Of a DNA stretch of 64,000 nucleotides, positions 61,377 to 64,000 are shown piece after piece (within the stretch, counting starts at the first letter, position 1; each line of letters opens with the position of its first letter). The stretch comes from Gemmatimonadales bacterium (GTDB taxonomy: Bacteria > Gemmatimonadota > Gemmatimonadetes > Gemmatimonadales > GWC2-71-9). The notes beneath the pieces were generated by a model. That model saw only the letters and a list, made by a program, of their open reading frames with translations, was not told the origin of the DNA and searched no databases. The stretch covers positions 64,001 through 128,000 of the forward strand of contig JBFGJG010000001.1 of NCBI GenBank assembly GCA_041577295.1, in the 5' to 3' direction. Both the position numbers and the translations under genes were made by a program.

Positions 61377-61984
61377 TGGCTACCACGCTCCCTTACGACG
61401 ACCGGCTCGAGCAGCTGCTAGACACCGCTGCCCCCGTGTTTGCGGCCAAAGGCTACCACCCCACCACGATGCGGGACCTCTCGCGAGCGACGGGGATGAG
61501 CTTGGCCGGAATGTACTATTACGTGCGGGGCAAGGATGAGCTGCTATTCTTCATCCAGCAGCGCTGTTTCACCCGTGTCATTGAAGGAGCCGAGCAAGCC
61601 ATCCGTGACGCCCGCGACCCGGTCGACCGACTGGGCCGCTTCATCCATCATCACATCACGTTCTTCGCCCGCCACATGAGCGAGATGAAGGTGCTGTCAC
61701 ACGAGGCGGATGCTCTGAGTGACAGTCGCCGAGCGGAAATCGACCAGTTGAAGCGGCAGTACGTGAGCATGCTGCGTGGCCTGATCGACGCGATCGATCC
61801 GACCAACGGGGACCACCCCGATCCACGCGTCTCCGCGTACGCGCTGTTTGGCATGATGAACTGGATCTACACCTGGTACGATCCCAACGGGCCGGTGACA
61901 CCGGATGACCTCGCCCGTCACCTCACGCAAGTCTTTCTCTACGGCGTGGCCTCAACTCCATCGACGGTTTCACAGGGAGGATGA
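61376..61984 (+). CDS. TetR family regulator (PaaR/KstR2-like)
   Basis: FAAKGYHPTTMRDL...MYYYVRGKDELL; GMMNWIYTWYDPNG. Confidence 0.93.
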   Translation: MATTLPYDDRLEQLLDTAAPVFAAKGYHPTTMRDLSRATGMSLAGMYYYVRGKDELLFFIQQRCFTRVIEGAEQAIRDARDPVDRLGRFIHHHITFFARHMSEMKVLSHEADALSDSRRAEIDQLKRQYVSMLRGLIDAIDPTNGDHPDPRVSAYALFGMMNWIYTWYDPNGPVTPDDLARHLTQVFLYGVASTPSTVSQGG

Positions 61985-61990
61985 CGTTCC

Positions 61991-62818
61991 ATGGCTACCA
62001 CAGCGACCCCAAAGCGAACGGGCAACACGAAGACGGACCGGCTCGTCGAGTACCGCAAGGACGACGCGATCGCGATCCTCGAGCTCAACGACCCGCCAGC
62101 CAACACGTACACGTATGAGATGATGTGCCAGCTGGATGAGGCGATCCTCGACGCCCGGATGGACGATGACGTGCAGATCATCATCCTGCGCGGCAAGGGT
62201 AACAAGTTCTTTTCCGCCGGCGCGAACATCAAGATGCTCTCATCGGTCACGCCGCGTTTCAAGTACTTCTTCTGCTTGCACGCCAACGAAACGCTCAACC
62301 GCCTCGAGCACACACCCAAGCTCGTGATCGCCGCTCTTAACGGTCACACGGTCGGCGGTGGACTGGAGATCGCGATGGCGTGCGACCTTCGCCTTGCCTG
62401 TCAGGATGCAGGAAAGATCGGCTTGCCGGAGGTCAACCTGGGCGTGCTGCCCGGCACCGGCGGGACGCAGCGTCTCTCGCGGCTCATCGGGAAGTCTCGC
62501 GCGCTCGAGATGATGATCAAGGGCGAGACATTTTCCTTTGAGAAGGCGAAGGAAATTGGCCTGGTCAACGAAGTATTCCCCAAGGACAACTTCTGGGACC
62601 AGGTCATCATGTATGCAAAGCAGTTCACGACGCCCAACAAGGCGGCGAAGGCCGTGGGCAACATCAAGCGCGCGGTGTGCTCTGGCCTCGAAGTGCCGTT
62701 TGAGAGCGGCCTCGCCATTGAGCGCGAGTTGCAGCAGCAGCTTTTCCAGAGTGAGGATGCCAAAGAGGGACTGAGCGCCTACGTCGAAAAGCGTATGGCT
62801 GCCTTCAAGGGCCAGTAG
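61991..62818 (+). CDS. Enoyl-CoA hydratase/isomerase family protein
   Basis: FFSAGANI, GGGLEIAMACD, GLPEVNLGVLPGTGGTQRL. Confidence 0.95.
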   Translation: MATTATPKRTGNTKTDRLVEYRKDDAIAILELNDPPANTYTYEMMCQLDEAILDARMDDDVQIIILRGKGNKFFSAGANIKMLSSVTPRFKYFFCLHANETLNRLEHTPKLVIAALNGHTVGGGLEIAMACDLRLACQDAGKIGLPEVNLGVLPGTGGTQRLSRLIGKSRALEMMIKGETFSFEKAKEIGLVNEVFPKDNFWDQVIMYAKQFTTPNKAAKAVGNIKRAVCSGLEVPFESGLAIERELQQQLFQSEDAKEGLSAYVEKRMAAFKGQ

Positions 62819-64000
62819 TGCGCACCGAGCTCTTCATCGCGAACGAATGGCGGCCCAGCTCCGGAGGCCGAACCGTCGATGTCGTTAATCCGGCGACGGA
62901 GGCTGTCATCACCTCCGTCGCCGAGGCATCGACTGCGGATGTCGACGGCGCCGTTGAGGCCGCGCGCCGCTGTTTTGAGAGCGACGAGTGGCGACAACTG
63001 GACGCGCGGGCGCGTGGAGCGATGCTCTACCGGGCGGGCGAGCTGCTGCAGCAGCGGCGGGACGACGTCGCGAAGCTCGAGACGTTGCAAAACGGCAAGC
63101 CGTTCTTCGAGTCGAAGATCGACGTCGCCATGACCGTGGATACGCTCAAGTATTACGGTGGTTGGGCGGATAAGTTGACCGGTGACGTCCTCCCAGTTGG
63201 CCGCGGCGATTTTGTCTACACGACCCGCGAACCCGTTGGCGTCGTAGCCGCGATCGTCCCATGGAACTTCCCGCTCAACCTGGCGAGCTGGAAGTTTTCC
63301 CCTGCTTTGGCCGTGGGCTGCACGGTGGTGCTCAAACCCGCATCGGAAACTCCGCTCACTGCGCTCGCGATGGCGGAGATCATGGCGGAAGCGGGCTTTC
63401 CTCCGGGCGCGTTCAACGTCCTCCTCGGCGGCGGGTCAACAGTTGGGGCCGAGCTAGTAGCGCATCCCGGGGTCGACAAGATCGCCTTCACCGGATCAAC
63501 CCAGGTCGGTAAGAGCATCATGCGCGGTGCCGCCGATACCCTCAAACGGGTGACGCTCGAGCTGGGGGGGAAGAGTCCCAACATCATCTTCGCTGACGCC
63601 GATCTGAAGGCGGCCGTGCGCGGTGCGCAGAATGGCATCTTCTACGGCAAGGGGGAGGTCTGCGCCGCGGGTTCGCGTCTGCTGGTCGAGCGCTCGGTGC
63701 ACGATCAGGTCATCGAGGAGCTCGCCGCGCGCGCGGCGAAACTGGTACCGGGTGACCCGTTTGACAAAAACACCCGCCTGGGCGCCGTCGTTTCCAAGCG
63801 GCAACAGGAGACCGTTCTCAGTTACATCGATGCCGGAAAGAAGGAAGCCAAGCTGGTAGCTGGCGGAAAACCCGCGAAGGTGAACGGTAAAGGGTACTTC
63901 GTCGAAGCCACCGTCTTCGACAACGCGAAGCCCGGAATGAAGATTGTCGACGAAGAAATCTTCGGCCCGGTACTGTCCGTGCTCACGTTTGATGACGTCG
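62818..64000 (+). CDS. Aldehyde dehydrogenase (partial, runs off the window)
   Basis: Own translation from GTG 62818: MRTELFIANEW..., REPVGVVAAIVPWNFP, LKPASETP, FTGST, LELGGKSP, GEVCAAGSR, EEIFGPV. Confidence 0.95.
   Translation, partial: MRTELFIANEWRPSSGGRTVDVVNPATEAVITSVAEASTADVDGAVEAARRCFESDEWRQLDARARGAMLYRAGELLQQRRDDVAKLETLQNGKPFFESKIDVAMTVDTLKYYGGWADKLTGDVLPVGRGDFVYTTREPVGVVAAIVPWNFPLNLASWKFSPALAVGCTVVLKPASETPLTALAMAEIMAEAGFPPGAFNVLLGGGSTVGAELVAHPGVDKIAFTGSTQVGKSIMRGAADTLKRVTLELGGKSPNIIFADADLKAAVRGAQNGIFYGKGEVCAAGSRLLVERSVHDQVIEELAARAAKLVPGDPFDKNTRLGAVVSKRQQETVLSYIDAGKKEAKLVAGGKPAKVNGKGYFVEATVFDNAKPGMKIVDEEIFGPVLSVLTFDDV

Overview
High-GC bacterial chromosomal segment. Gene content and order suggest Gemmatimonadota (inference only). 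Most of it is core housekeeping: serS, groES/EL with a perfect CIRCE, mdh, moaDE, carA, secG, tpiA-pgk-gap, aroE, ispD, dnaB, coaBC, rpoZ, gmk, pepA, icd and tRNA-Leu(CAA). Two things stand out. (1) A ~10 kb co-oriented respiratory cluster (6.9-16.9 kb) encodes five multiheme c-type cytochromes (50 CxxCH plus 3 CX4CH motifs by my count), a putative outer-membrane beta-barrel, a Rieske protein and a fused cytochrome b, with no cytochrome c1. This looks like a complete quinol-to-cell-surface electron conduit. (2) An AhpD-like gene split by the ORF caller at an in-frame TGA sitting in a CxxU motif, followed by a SECIS-like hairpin, so probably a selenoprotein. Also noted: an OM-barrel/NlpC-P60 fusion, a probable CTG start for carA, a PaaR-type operator ahead of an acyl/aryl-CoA catabolic operon, back-to-back sigma70 promoters, and a block of accessory genes next to the tRNA.
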